This document shows, in pieces, positions 12,811-28,379 of a stretch of DNA of 64,000 nucleotides. Both the position numbers and the translations under genes were made by a program. Source of the stretch: Octopus vulgaris (taxonomy: Eukaryota). Within the stretch, counting starts at the first letter, position 1, and every line of letters starts with the position of its first letter. The stretch lies in contig OX597827.1 in NCBI GenBank assembly GCA_951406725.2, forward strand, positions 77,004,001 through 77,068,000. The letters are read 5' to 3'. The notes beneath the pieces were generated by a model. The model ran no database searches. It was not told the origin of the DNA and worked only from the letters and a program-made list of their open reading frames with translations.

Positions 12811-15800
12811 TTATATGTATGTATATACATATATATATATTGGAAAATGTGTAAGATCCTTGGTACAGTTCGGTATATTTGAAAAGAGAAAAAGAACGAC
12901 TTCTCTGGTGGCCCTAATCAGTTTAATTTATTATTTTTTAATTTTTAATTAATATAAATTTTACACTTTAGTTCCTGGATCTAGTAAGTTCTTTGTTAAC
13001 TTGGGTGGGGAGATTTTTTCAAAAAATTCCTTGTTAACTTCTTTGGAGAACTTTCTGGCATTCATTGTCAAACTGATCTGAGGATTCGGGGCTTTGTGAT
13101 TCTATGTATGGGATTTGGGGGCGGTTTGAGTGGGGGTGGGTTTTGTTAATCAGTGTATATATTTCTTTACTACCCACAAGGAACTAAACACAGAGGGGAC
13201 AAACAAGGACTGACAAACGGATTAAGTCAATTACATCGACCCAAGTGCGTGACTGGTACTTAATTTATCGACCCCGAAAGGATGAAAGGTAAAGTCGACC
13301 TCGGCGGAATTTGAACTCGGAACGTAACGACAGATGAAATACGGCTACGCATTTCGCCCGGCGCGCTAACGTTTCTGCCCAGTGTCTATGCCCACATACA
13401 AATATCATATGTCAAGGAATGAGTTAGAATACAGAAACAGTGGTTTCCACAAACACAACAACAATAAATGCATTCAACAAGTGTTTCATCATCCTCCCTC
13501 AACACAACAGCTTTTGTAAGAGTTAAATCTTTGTTCTGGACATTTGTTCTAGTTTGTGGCTCACTACTGTCCCTTCAGAAAAATGAGAATAGGCCATGTT
13601 GTTTCACCCATTGTCTCTCTTCCATTGCTTCCTCCACCATTCTTTCTCTCTTTCCCTTGACTCCCTCTACCACTGCCTGTCTCCTGTAACTCCCTCTACC
13701 ACTTGTCTCTTCCATTACTACTTCCATCATTGTCTCTCTCCCATTCCTCCTTTACCACTGTCTCTTTTCCACTAATGCCTCTCCCACTATCTCTCTCCCT
13801 TTACTCCCTCTCCCACTCTCTCTACTCCTCTATTCCCTCTATCACTCTCTCTACTCCTCTACTCCCTCTACCACTCTCTCTACTCCTTCTACCACTCTCT
13901 TGCTCTTTCTCTCACCCACAACTACTTTCACCACTTTTTCTCTTTCTCCCCTTATTCTCTCTTCCTTTGTCTCTCTACCACTGCTACTGCCCCCCCCACT
14001 CCAAGTTATGTTGACCATATAAGGTGTCCGCCTCTCTCTCATTTTGAGTATCAGAACCTTCTTGCCATTGCAGTGTACAGCAAGGGAGCATTCTCTGGCC
14101 CTTACTCAATAAAGTCTAGTATACCACAAATGTTCATTACTGTCTCCCACACTGTTCCTTCTCACTCCCAACAACATACACCCTTTACTGATGCTACCCC
14201 CTTCACTCTTTCACCTTCTACCCGGGGACATCAGTCATATTCAACCTAAACTTCTCGTGGGTGGCAAGTTACCTTTGTCTGGACTTTGGGTGCCTTTGGA
14301 AGTGCATGTCTAAGTGGTTGGGGCGCTGAACTCATGATTAAAAGATTGTGGTTTCATATTATTTGACTGGTTGACACATTGTGTCCTTGAGCAAAACACT
14401 TCACTCTGTGTTGTTCTGGTCCACTCTGCTGGCAAACATGAGTAATCCTGCGACGGAGTTGTGTGCCATTCAGTGGGGAATATATGTGCCACAGAAACCA
14501 GGAAACCAGCCCCGTCAGTCTATATCACTCACAAGGATCTTTATGTTTTGAGCACTTTGTCATAAGTATTCAGACCAGATCCCTGGTTTTAGGTCACCAT
14601 CTTTTCTTTCTGCCACCAATCTTGGAGGCCCTAAAGAGAAAGGACCAGAGGGACAGCCCTTTCTTCAATATCTAAGCAGTAAATGGGTAAAAAGAATGGT
14701 ACACCAGCAAACACTGACTAGTGTAGCTGCTGCTGTTGCTCCTCCTCCTCCTCTTCTTCTTCTTCTTCTTCTTCTTCCTCCTCCTCCTCCTCCTCCTCCT
14801 CCTCCCCTTCTTCTTCTTACCCCTCCTCCTCTTCTTCCTCTTCCTCCTCTTACTTCCCTTTATGTCCACTTTCCAATGCTGACTTGGGTCGAACAGATTA
14901 TCACTTCTTCTTAGCTGCTACAACACTCCTAAACAACTCAGAGGACTCCATTTTACTCACATCTCCTGCGCTAGTTTGGATTCAATGGCTAGATGCCCGT
15001 CTTAACAGCAACCCTTTACATACAGAAGTGGACACATTTTATCATGGTTCCAGCCCTAGAGAGATTCTCATGTCCACGTCCAGACAGAAGAGTTACTTTG
15101 AATCTGTATTGCCTCTCCTTTTTGGCCACCCACTTTACAGAGTGTATTAATATCATGGTACCACCACAAGAGAAGGTTTCAGGTACACGACTAGATCAAA
15201 GAAGTCATTTTGAATCTGTATTGTTTCCGTGTGACCGTTGACCACTTTACAGAGCATACTGGTACCTCAAATAGTATAGCGATGACCAACAAGGAAACAT
15301 CAGCCCACATCAACCTCACCAGGCAGGAACAACACACACCCAAAACCTCTCAGAGTTGCAACACCAATGTCCAATGTGCTCTCTCTGTTATTACAACAAT
15401 TTCTGCTTTTCTTTGCTAGCTCCATACCAGGCTCACCTGATAAAGCTGTCTGTCTATCATCCACCCACTCCAACCCATCACGTATCACCCAAAATGTGTC
15501 CTATTTCCTCACTATCAAGACTGCCACTGCCCAGGGCCCTAGATTAATCCCACTCACCCACCAAATCCACTTTTTTCAGGACTGTAAGCCTCTGCAATTT
15601 CCTCCTTACCACAAGTTTATCAAATTTATTGCTTTTATTTCCTGCTGACCTTGACATATAGTAATTTACAATGACCACATCAATCACATCTAATCTTCTA
15701 AATCAGAGAGGATCTTCTGCAAATATTATGGACACTGTTCCCTCCTTTTTCTGACCAATAAATACATTATACTCATGTTTATATATATGCATACACATAT

Positions 15801-15819
15801 ATATATATATAAATCAACT

Positions 15820-15863
<44 letters not shown>

Positions 15864-16609
15864 CATGAGCATACATACACACACACAAAACAAACATTCA
15901 AAAATGTATACCACATAATTATGCAAATGTACCAAATACCATTGCAGTGCTCCAGCATGGCGTCAGTTAATTAAATAAAACCAGTAAGAGAAAACAAGAG
16001 AGAACACACTGAAACTACAACATGAAATTTTAATTAAAGAAATTATAATGATTAATTACATAAATACTTTAAATGAATGAAAAGTAAAAATTTGAAAAAT
16101 TTTGGTATTTTCCAATAAAAAACAATTCCAAAATGAATGATAAACAGAAAAAAATGTGTTTACAGAGTTGTCTGCCTTGATTGAATCAAATAAAAATCTG
16201 TTTTATTTTTTTATAACACAACTGGTGTGCAATAGTATTCATGGTTGTAAGTTTTTAATGGGTCAGTGACAATGGAGTGTGTGTAATGCAGTGCAGAACA
16301 AATATTATAAGGCACTTCATTAGAAAAGTACTGTTTCAATTTACTTGTCAATGTTTAAATATATATATACACATACAAAATGGGACAAGAACGCAAAACA
16401 TCCAGACAACTAAGTGATACAAAAAGGGACAACAAAACATCCAGATAGACGATACAAAAAACACGGACATGTCATTCGAAGCCTTTAATCTTCAGTCAAG
16501 AACTGGATCATATATATATATATATATAGCACAAACTTTTACACCCAACCCCTACTCCTGGAAATTTTCTTCTTCTTGTCAGATGCAAAACTAAATAGCC
16601 ACCACTACT

Positions 16610-17400
16610 GTCAACATTGGTGCAATGAATGGCAGACCTAGAGCGATTGTAGGGTTGCTATAATAGAGGTGAGTTGATGTGTGTTGTGTGCAAGAGATAG
16701 GGTGGAGAGGAGCATCAACCAGATTCTCGATGGACAAGAAATGCAGTATAAATTCTTGTGGGTCAACAACAATGATTGTGTGGGTGTTGGAGTGGGTATA
16801 TTGCTCACAGATTAAAAATATATCGAGTTACTCAGTGTATGAGACAGAATAATTATGCTGAGGTTCATCATAGGCAACATAACTGCAACGAGAACCAAAA
16901 TTAGGACTGATAAATGAGTAAAAGGATTGTTTCTACAAGGCTGTCTTGCAGAATATCCTGGTAATAAATGACAGCAACCTTGTTATCATGGGTGGTCACT
17001 TTAATGGGTAAATTGGGAAGCAGACATGGAGGCAAGCATGCATGGATACAGTATAAGGAAAGATCAAGGTTGTAAATAACCTAATAATTTGCAAGTCACC
17101 CAACCTCCTGCTCACCAAACATCAGGTATAGAAAGATAGGGAGTAGACGAGGAAGGACTTACAACATCTAATCCTCAGTACATTCCAACATCAGCCTCAT
17201 AGACTTTAATGTACCTTCAGTTTCTAAATCCCTTTCCATTGCTGTCAACCACAAGGAAACAGGCAAACCTGAGAGATATAATACTTAGCAGGAAATGAGA
17301 CAGACAAGTGACTGTGAATAGTAAATCTTACCCTCGTAAAGACTATAAACCCCTCAACACAGATTAGGGGTCAAAAGCAAAGACAGAAGACAATCTGTGG
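16610..17400 (+). mobile_element. RTE-clade LINE, degraded AP-endonuclease region
   Basis: NIGAMNGR..., VDVCCVQEIGWRG, YKFLW..., GVGILL and IMGGHFNG motifs with many stops. Confidence 0.7.
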
Positions 17401-17846
17401 AAAGAAGATTTGATAGCTGATAGATCCTTCAGCCCGGAGGGAAAGATCCAGGGGAGAGGCTGAAGTAAATGCTGTTTGATGAGGATAGGAAGAAAGAAGA
17501 GGATGCCCTTTGTTTTTTCATTTGTATCAGTCATTGAACTGTGGCCATGCTGCAGCACCACCTTGAACAAATTGATTCTAGTACTCGGCCTTTTTCCGAA
17601 GTGTAGTACATTTTCTATCAAACTCTTCTGCCGAACTTCTAAGTCACATGGCCATAAACAAACCAACACCAGTTGTGAAGCTGTGAGTGTGGGATGACAA
17701 GGGCTGATATAAAGACACACAGATATATAAATACATCACACACGTATATATGCATATATATGTCTATATACAAATATACATACACACACACACACACATA
17801 TATATATACATACACACACACATATATATACATATATATCTACATG

Positions 17847-17937
<91 letters not shown>

Positions 17938-18249
17938 TCATCATCATCATCATCATTTAACGTCCGCTTTCCATGCTAGCATGGGTTGGATGGTAATATA
18001 TATATGTATATATATATATACATGTAGATATATCTACAATGGGCTTTCGCACCGTTTCAATCTACCAAATTCATTCGCAAGGCATTGGTCAGCTGGGTGT
18101 TATAGCAGAAGACACTTGCCAAAGGTGCAGTACATTGGGACTGAACTAGAAGCCATCTGGTTACAAAGCCAGCTTCTTAACCACACAACCATGCCTGAGC
18201 CTAAGGCATTAATAGCATATACAACAACTGTGAGCTTCTAGAAGACAGT

Positions 18250-18750
18250 CTGTTGTGAGTCCCTGAGAATAGCTGGAGCAAGGTTCCTTCAAGATGAAAG
18301 ACGGTATGATGTTGGAATGGCTAGAGGAATAAGAGCCAAAATGAAAAGCCTGAGTGTAGAGATGTGCAAAAGACATAAGCAAGGCAAGATGGTTTAGTTT
18401 TGATGGACAGACAATGTTATTGGGCAGAGACGATAGAGTTGTAAGCTGGTTATAAGGGGAATCAAATTTAGTGCGTACAATGGAGGAAACTGAGCTAGAG
18501 TAGACAGGTGATGAATACGGAGATTGAAAATTTGGGGGAAAATGGTGCAAAGGAACCAAACAGAAGGAATCTGTGGAAAAGGAGAATTGAGAAGGACGTA
18601 CGCAGGAGTGGCGAAAGTTAACCTCGAGAGGCTGACCATCACCGATGACAAAGGAGGCAAGAAGATGATGAAATGTTCCGTTTGAGACGATTGGTCAAAT
18701 CCATGTAAGCATGGAGTGTATAAGGATAATGATGGTGATGACAATGATAA
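18250..18750 (+). mobile_element. Probable degraded RTE LINE 3' end with (GAT)n-like tail
   Basis: Purine-rich decayed coding-like sequence ending tccatgtaagcatgga...gatgatggtgatgac, the same terminus as SINE family A. Confidence 0.4.
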
Positions 18751-19146
18751 TGCATATAGCTGTATGTGTATACATACCTGTGTGTGCATGTGTGAGATGT
18801 TTATATATAATATACACACATAGACACGTGTTTATAAACTTGATTATCATTACACATACATACATACATATATATATTTATAAATCTTCATATTCACGTG
18901 TCAGTGTTATCCTCTCAAAGAGTGTACGTGTCTATGTCATATATATGTGACCGCGTGTGTACCGTTGGTGATTTTTTTCCCTCTGTCTTCCCTTCTCTGG
19001 ATTTTTCCTTCTCCTATGTTTCCAACGAAGAGCTCCGCTCGAAATGTTAAACCCTCCTTCTTTCCTTCTTTCCTGAGCGTCCAATAATACTATATTTGTT
19101 CCACCTCCTCGCGTTGTTGTGTTTTTTTGTGCTTTCTTGTTTGGAT

Positions 19147-19192
<46 letters not shown>

Positions 19193-19479
19193 CATACAAA
19201 TATATATATATGTATTTATACACACACACATGTGATATATACAATATATAATATATATGCATGTGTCTATATATATATATGTATGTATATATATGTGTGT
19301 GTATATATATATATATATGTATAAAACATGTATAATATATATATATTATAAATATATATGTCTGTTCATATATGTGTGTGTATGTAGAGTGTGTGTTTTC
19401 ATGTGTCTGTGTTCATCTCTGTCTATATATGCATATGAGCGTGTGCATGTCTGTGTGGATGTAGGTGTGTGTGTATAGG

Positions 19480-21084
19480 GGTGAGTGAAGGCTGTACTGA
19501 AAGGGGGTAGATTGAGGGTGGGGAGGGGGGAAGGAAGACAACACTGGAAGGTTGCTTTTGGGTGTGGGTTGGGTATAGAGTTGTAGAGATGTTGGGTAGG
19601 GGTGGATAGTGTTGAAGGGGGGTAGGTCAAGGGCGGGTGTGTGTGAGTGTGTAGGGGGTGAGAGGCTGGCTGGCTGGTTGGGTGGTTGGCTGGGTGGTTG
19701 GTTGGTTCATTGGTTGCTTAGGTGGTAAGAGGGATAGAGAGGGGGTGGGGTGGGGGATGGATGGGTGGGTGTGGTAGTAAGCATAGAAAGGGGGTGGGGT
19801 GGGTGGGTGAGTGTGTGAAGATGATGGCAGTGGTAGAGGTGGGGCCTTGAGAGAGAGAGAGAAAGATAGGGTATGGGGGTGGAAAGGGAGAGAGGGGTGA
19901 AATGTTGGTGAGGGGGTGATGACGTATGGGGTAAGGGTGGGGGACAGTTCAGTAGGTGGCAAACTAGAGTGGTGGCGGCAACGGGGGGGGAGGTGATATG
20001 GTGGTGGTGATGATGATGATGATGATGATGATGGTGGTGGTATGGTGGTGCTATGGTGAAGGTGAAGGGGCGAGGGGTGGAGTAGTAGCAGAAGGGAAAG
20101 GCAAGGGGGAGGGAAGGGAGTAGTGTGTTTGAATGATGGTGTGTGTGTGTGTGTGTCTAAATGTGCATGTATGTGTGTGTTTGAAGGAGTGGTGGTGGTG
20201 CTGGTAATGGTGGTGATGGTGTAGGTAGATGGGGTGAATGGGTGGGTGACAGAAATATTGGGTGGAGGGAGGTATGAATAAATAAATAAATAAATAAAGG
20301 ACAGGCGTTGAAAGGGGTGGTTGGGAGGGGTGCTGGTGTGTAGAGGTTAGCCTAGAAAGCAATGGGAGGTGGGGTGGTGGAGGGGAATGTATGGTGTGTG
20401 TGTGTGTGTGTTGGGGTGGGTGGCTAAGGATAGGGGGGTTGTGTGTGGGGGGGATACAGGAAAACAAAGACAGTGAGAGTATTGTAGAGAGTAAGGAGAG
20501 GAGAAGGAGTTGGAGAGAAGGTGACATATGTTGAGGAGAGTGAGAGAGATGGGAGAGAGAAAGAAAGATGTGAGAGGGAGAGAGGGAGAGAGAGGGAAAG
20601 AAAGAGAGAGACAGAGACAGAGAGGTGGCAGGGAGAGACAGAGAGAAAGAGGGAGGAGAGAGCTGGCAGAGAGAAAGAGAGACAGGAAGATGTGGAAGAC
20701 AGTGAGAAAGAGAGAGAGACAGATAGGGGGTGACAGAGAGAGAGAGATGAAGGAGTGAGAGGGGTAAGATGAAGAATAAGACAATGACAATAAAGAAAGA
20801 GAGAGGGAGAAAATGGAGAGAAAGAGAGACTATACAAGAAATAATGAGAGAAAGAGTGAAAGAAAGTAAGAGAGAGAGAGAGAGAGAGAAAGAATTAGAA
20901 AATGAGAGAAAAGTGATGAGAGAAACTATGAAAGAAGTAAAGAGAGAGAAATGAAGAGACAAACAATCAGAGGATGAGAAAGAGAGAGAGAGAGAAAATA
21001 GAATTGGAGAGAAAGGAGAGATTGGTTAAAAAGAGAGAAAAGGGGGAGGCGACATGGGTGTATATAGAGAGATGTATAAGTCTG

Positions 21085-21129
<45 letters not shown>

Positions 21130-21379
21130 ATATATATATATATATAGATAGATAGATAGATAGATAGATATACATGTATGTATACACACAAGTTTGTATG
21201 TGTATAGGTATATATATATTATATTTATGTGTGTATATATTTATGTACATCTATATATAAATCTCTGTATACACACATACATAAGTTTGTATGTGTATAA
21301 GTATATATATATATATTTATATATATTTATATCTGTGTGTATATATATGTGTATGTGTGTATGTTTAAATATATATACG

Positions 21380-21427
<48 letters not shown>

Positions 21428-21602
21428 ATATATATACATTTAAACATACACGTGTTTACATATATTTTATATATATATGTATGTATGTATGTATGTACAT
21501 GTAAACGTATGTATATATATATATTATATGTTATATGTGTGTATATGTTTATTTGTATATATTATGGATAGTATACAGAGATTTATGTATTACACATATA
21601 TC

Positions 21603-21633
<31 letters not shown>

Positions 21634-22700
21634 ATATATATATGTATATATATGTCTAAACTTTATATATGTATATATATGCTATGTATATATATATGTG
21701 TGTGTAGTGTGTGAGTCTGTTTATGTGTGTATAAAAGGGAAGAATAAAGGTGGGGGAGGTAAACAGTGAAAGAGTAAGAGAGTAAAGTAGAGAGAAAAGT
21801 AGATTGTTTGAAAGAGAGGGGGATGAAAGGAAGAGAGAGGGGGGCGGAGGAGGTTTTTAGAAAACGGGAAGGGGAGGGGGAGGGGGAAAGATGAATGTGA
21901 TGTGGTGTGTGTATGTGTGTGTGTGTGTGTGTATGAACTGTGTTTGTGTGTTGTATGGAGGTGTGTGCGTTGTGCGTAAGAGGGTGAGGGTATGTGCGGC
22001 GGTGTTTGTGTGATGTGGTGTGTGGGGGGTGTTTGCTCGGTGGTGTGTGGTGTGTGTGTGTGTGGATTTGTTGGATGTTTAGTGTGTGTGATGTGGTGGT
22101 GGTGGTGGTGTAGGATGGTATGATGTGTGTGTATGTGTGTGCATGTGTATGTATGCATGCATGTGTGTGTGTGTAGGGTGTGGAGTGTGTGACTGCGAAG
22201 GATGTAATGTAAGGCGGCTGTATGTATGTGTGTGTATATGTATGTTTCTGTGGCTGTGTCTGCGTGTATATTTGTGTGTGTGTGTGCGTGTGTGTTTGAG
22301 TGTGTGCGTGTGTATGCGTGCGCGCGTTTGTGGAGTATGTAGGGGAGGAGGGAGAAGATCGTGGCATGGGTAGAAGGGAGTGGGTCGATGTTAAAAAAAA
22401 AAAAGGAGTGGTGGGGCGGTGAAGAAAGAGAGAGAGACTGACAGACAGGCAGGCGGACGGACGGACAGGCAGGCGGACGGACGGACAGGCAGGCGGACGG
22501 ACAGACAGAGGGGGAGGGGAGAGAGGCAGAGGAGGGAGGGAAGGAGGGAGGAAGAGAGTGGGATGGAGTGGGAGAAAAAATAAAGATAAAGAAGTCGAAA
22601 GAGAAAGAGAAATAAGAGAGGGGGAGGGAGAGAGTGTAGGTGTGGTGGTTAATGTTTGGGGGTAGCAATGGGAGTGTGTGTGTATTATCTCCTATAGCCA
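19480..22700 (+). repeat. Strand-asymmetric low-complexity domain (G/T-rich, GA-rich and TA blocks)
   Basis: G-runs and (GGT)n at 19480-20460, near-pure purine tract at 20480-21050, (GT)n/(GGT)n at 21750-22380, GGAC/GGCA tetramers at 22436-22510. Confidence 0.9.
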
Positions 22701-23605
22701 AGAGAGAGAGAGAGAGAGGACGTGGGTCAGTGATACTCAGACAGCCAGTTCGCATGTTCGGCCCACAGACGAGTAAAGGTATTTTTCATATGCTGTTGTG
22801 TCTCTCTCCAGACTAGAGGGAAAAAATTTTCTCTCCACCGGCTTTCATACACAAACACAACATATTCACTGGATATATATATATATACTATTATACACTC
22901 ACAGACACACATATATAAACATTATCTTCAACTTCAATACTTCTATATATATATATATATTTATAATATATATACACACTGCTTCCAACAGTAATATTTC
23001 ATACATACATACACATATATATTATATATATTATACATACACATATATATTATATGTACATTGCTTTTAACAGTAATATTTTCATATATACACATATAAT
23101 ATATAAATATATGTTATAGGGTGTATATATTTATATATATCTTTATATATACTTTGAAACTGAAAGAGAAATATTTTACCATATTCAACTTTGGAACATT
23201 AACGCCAACCACCTACATACACATACCTATACTTATATATATCTCATACACAAAAAATATATTTATATATGTATGTATATACATACATGTGTATATAAAC
23301 AGATACAGAGGCCAGAAAAAGTTAAGACAATTCAGAAGATAGAGAGAGAGAGAGAGAGATAAAGCGAAGAGAGAAACAGAGAGGGAAGTAAATAAACAAG
23401 ACTCAGACAGAGTGAGAGAAAGAAGCAGCAAAAGACCGGAAGAATAAAGAAGATAGAAGAAGCGACAGAACGGAGGTGTTGGGTGTTTTGTCTTCCCTTT
23501 AAACTTCTTCTTCTCCTCCGCCGCCCTCGCCGCCGCCGCTGCCGTCGTCATCATCTCAGCCTCCACATCACATCAAGTGTTTGTCCTTTATACATCAAGG
23601 TAAGA
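22701..23605 (+). promoter_or_regulatory. Candidate promoter and non-coding first exon ending in a consensus splice donor
   Basis: (GA)n at 22701-22718, then Inr-like TCAGT at 22727-22731 in CpG-containing unique sequence. A CCG-rich tract lies at 23515-23550. Strong donor AAG|GTAAGA (GT at 23600). The link to the ZF gene is inferred only. Confidence 0.45.
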
Positions 23606-24018
23606 GAAAAATCTTTGAAATTTTGTCTCAAACATTTCATCTTGTCTCTTTGTCTCTCTCCATCTCAGTGGCTCAGTGTGTGTGTGTGCGTGCATGATTC
23701 TGTGTGTGTGTGTGCGCGTGTCCAGCTGTTTGTGTACGGTGTGTGTGTGTGTGTGGTTCTGTGTGTATGTCACACTATATAATTATATGTATATGCTTGT
23801 ATATGTATCTATAAAGCTATGTATGTGTGTATATATATGTGTGTGTGTGTTTGTCTCGGGTATATATATTTATGTGTGTGTTTTTCTCATGTGTATATAT
23901 ATGTTTGTCACATATGTGTATATATATATATATATATATGTGTGTTTCTGAGTATGTATTTATATCAAACTGTGTATGCATGTATATACATATATACACA
24001 TATATGTGTGCATGCATG

Positions 24019-24090
<72 letters not shown>

Positions 24091-24100
24091 TATGTGTGTA

Positions 24101-24156
<56 letters not shown>

Positions 24157-24325
24157 TATGTGTGTGTGTGTATGTATTTGTTTATCAGTGTGTGAGTGCA
24201 CGTTTGTCTATAAATGTGTGCCAAGTTGTGTGTGTGTGTCTGTCTCTGTTTTTTTCTCTGTACAGGTGTGTCTTTGCATGAATGTATGTATATGTAGCTA
24301 CATGTCAGTGTTTGCGAAACTTGAT

Positions 24326-24362
<37 letters not shown>

Positions 24363-24926
24363 TTCTATTGTCACTTCTATGAATGTATGCTCTTGTCCGT
24401 CTGGCCGCGTGTGTGTGTGTGACATGACTTTGCATGTCTTCAACTTGATACATATTTGTGTGCATAGATATATATATACATACATACACGCATATTTGAC
24501 ACACATGTTCGTGGGTGTATATACGTATTTGTGTGTGTGTGTGTGTGTGCGCTCTTTATTTCTCCATCCGGCCAATCTTGTCTCTGTTTACCTGGCTGTG
24601 TGTATGAGGGGGAGGGCAGATTTTTAAGCTTGATGTTGCCTACACAACTACTTGTGCGGGTGTATATGCATGCTAGCATACATTTTATACATATATACAT
24701 AATAGTGTAGAAGTCTTTCCGTATATATATATATTATTTATTTATTTATTTATTTATTTCGTTACGTTCTGAGTTCAAATTCCGCCGAGGTCGACTTTGC
24801 CTTTCATCCTTTCGGGGTCGATAAATAAAGTACCAGTTTCGCACTGGGGTCGACGTAATCGACTTAATCCCTTTGTCTGTCCTTGTTTGTCCCCTCTATG
24901 TTCAGCCCCTTGTGGACAGTAAAGAA

Positions 24927-24959
<33 letters not shown>

Positions 24960-27483
24960 TTTATGTATGTGGTTTACCTGTGTGTGTGTGTGTATTGCTA
25001 TACGCGTACAGGAATTAGTATATGTCTGTGAGTGGGTGTATATATATAAGCTGTGTGGGTGTAGTTATACATATACAGATGAGTGTGTGTGTGTGTGATA
25101 ATTTCTTTAAAAGTTTTTTTATTTCAACATATGGTTGTAGATGAAGCGCATGACCATCAAACCGGGGATGTGGGTTCGGTTCACACCTGAAACATTTTCT
25201 TTAAACATTGTATGTCTAAGAGAGAGAGACAGGTTAATCTTTATATTCCCATATAAATCCACATATCCTATATTTTTCACACATTATACAACAGCCTGTA
25301 TGTGTGTGTAAAAATGCACTCAATACCTGAAGTTGTGTGTGTGTGTAAAGTGTATATATTGTATAAATTGATGGATTTTCATGGTTCCGCTTATTCAGGC
25401 TCTCAGAAAGGCTTTATGTTTTAATTTTTCTTATGGAAGACCTGGTCTTCATGCCTTTACCGACTCATTATAAGTTGAAAAGTGGTTATTTCTATAAAAA
25501 AAAATAGAAACTGTAAACTAAACCAGAAAAGAGATTGGGTGCTTAGGTTCAAACGGAGCTTAAGCTCATCCTACAAATCCAACGAGGGTGAAATTTTGCG
25601 GGGTCGGTTTAACCCAACATCATTATCATCATCATTATTATTGTTGTTCTTGTTAAGGCTGTGAGCTGGTAGAGTCGCTAACACGCTGCACGAGATGCTT
25701 AGCGGTATTTCGCCCGTCGCTACGTTCTGAGTTCAAATTCCGCCGAGGTCAACTTTGCCTTCCATCCTTTCGCGGTCGATAAATTAAGTACCAGTGAAAT
25801 CCTAGGAATTGATGTAATCCGACTCGTCCCCATCTCCCCAAATTTCAGGCCTCGTGCCTATAATAGAAAGGATTATTATTATTATTATTATTATTAATGG
25901 ATGGAATCGGCTTGCTCCCTTCCCTTCAATGTTAGGTCTTGTACCTCTATTAGAAAATTATTATCTTGGGGAAGGAACAGTATCCGTGGAACTTTTCTAG
26001 GGGTTTCATTCTGATGGGAAGTTAGGTCTTAGCTTAAACTTTTATACTCTTGTTTGAGCTTAAAAATCGGCAGGGTTTTTGAATAACAGATCCTCGAAGT
26101 TCCATACCTCGTGGGAACGGAAAACAGCGTAGGGGCTTTTCTCTAATTTTATTTTTTTAGGGAATTACGATTACGAACTGATTTTTTTTTGTCTTTATTT
26201 CCTTTTTCTTTTTCATGATTTTCATTTTGCCTCGTCCCCTTCACTAGCCTAACCCTTTTCCTCTTTTCCATGGCGTATAAGACTTTGAGGGACTGCTATT
26301 CTAAAGCGCCGTAGATTAATCTTACGGGAGCGGAAGGGCTCGTATAAGATATTTGTGTTGAAATACTAGGGAGTGGGGACTGCACGCGCTTTTCAGGAGT
26401 GCCTCAGCCACCCCCCTTTGTATCCACCCCGATTACGGCTCTGGTCTTACAATTTCCGTCTCTCGTGATATGGTGATATCCCTTACAAGGATGTGGTAGA
26501 AGACTGCTAAGGTCTCCCTCAGGAGGAGCGAACCCCAAACCACATAGAATATGTAGCGGACTTCTTAACCACACGGTCATACCTGCACCCGTTCCTGCTA
26601 GAAGTAGCAGCCAAATCTTTTCTTCTAAACCCTACCGCATTAAATAAATACGGATTTGTTGAACTCGTTGAATAATGTATGTGCTTGATACACAAAAAGA
26701 CGGGATGGTCACAGCTGGAACGTCTTTGATCATAGGTCTGCTGGATCAGAACTGACCTAGGGCTAAAAAAAACAATACTAGTTTCCTTTGTGTTTAAAGG
26801 ACACATTGGATGATGTATTCCGAGGTACACAAAACTGGTTTATAAGATGGACTGACTGCGTCCACTGCTGACCTGCGGTTAAACAGCAACCAAGTATGGT
26901 TGTTCGATTTCCTAGAAATAGGAGCTAAATCTGTAAACACTAAACAATGTTGTGCCGGTTGTGCAAGAAGCCGGGGTGGTCATGGAGGATGGGCTGATGG
27001 TAAAAACCACAGCGGGGGTGTTAGGGATGTACCTGGTTTCTCGACCTACTAGAAATAGCTACCAAATTACCGTCGAATCACAATACTGTATTATAATTAA
27101 GGACAATGTAGTTATGAAGCGGAGTGGTCGCGGTGGGAAACTCCTCAGAGTGTGTCTTGAGATCTCAAACAAGTAAAGAAACGGGGTATATGTATATTGG
27201 GTTATGTAGTCCTAGAGACATTACGAGATGGCCACGGCCGGAATGCCTTCGTACACACTACAGGATTTGGGGAGTAAACACATAAATACACATACGCACA
27301 GACAGACATACATACGCACGTACACACATAGATACGTACGTGCACGTACTTACATACAGACATTGCCCTATTTTCTCTCCTCCCACCTCCACTTTCTTTA
27401 ATACTGACCACTTCCACATCTCACTTACAGGTCACATCACACATACACACACGCGCGCCATATACTGCCACGCACACAAACAC

Positions 27484-27518
<35 letters not shown>

Positions 27519-27692
27519 CACGCAGTTTCGTTTCTCTGCTTTCGCTTTAACAAAGGACAGCGTGTGTGTGTGTGTGTGCGCGCTCCTACAGAAGGGACTC
27601 CCTTTCTGTGTGCTGCCAGATGTATATTGTGGTCCCTACCACGCGTATACGTATGTATGTTTACACGTGCATTTATATATCTACATGTTTAC

Positions 27693-27724
<32 letters not shown>

Positions 27725-28379
27725 ACATATAAATATGTGTTGTAAACACAAGGAATATATTATAGTATGTTGTGTATATTACATACACACATGTATTTTA
27801 TACATTCATATATATTCCTTTAAGGTCCACTTTTTCATGCTTGCATGGGTCAGACAGACTTTATTGAGGCAGATTTTCCACAGCTGGATGTCCTTACTGG
27901 CACCAACGTCGCTTATATAACGGTGATGCTCGTTTACAGTCAACACATTATGTCTAGGCAAGGCTTCTTCCAGTTTCCATCTACCAGATCCTCAAACATA
28001 GATTTGGTCAGCTTGTGGCTATTGTAGAAGGTACCTGTCCCCAAGGTGCCATGCAGTGGAACTGAATCCAAGACCGTATATTTGGGAAGAAAGCTTTCCA
28101 ACAGCACAGCTGTGTATTAGAGAACTCCCATTAAGGCTGGAATAATCTGTACATTTGTAACAACCAGCTGAAAGTGAAATTCTTTTTATATCCAAGTATA
28201 ATGCCATTGACTTCTGTGAATGCTTATAAGATTATGGAAGAAATATGCAAGGAAAATGTAGTGGCTGAGCCGAAGCAGGTGAAAAAGAGAGAAAGCCATA
28301 TAGGTTAGTGGGAGGGAGGGAGAGAGAAGCAGTTAGTTGAGGAGAGAGTGAAATATGGAGAGGTTTGGAAAAGATAAGT

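Noticed and set aside
22779-22811. GT..AG pair (AAG|GTATTT ... CTCCAG) near the candidate TSS
   Set aside because: 33 nt is too short for a plausible intron.
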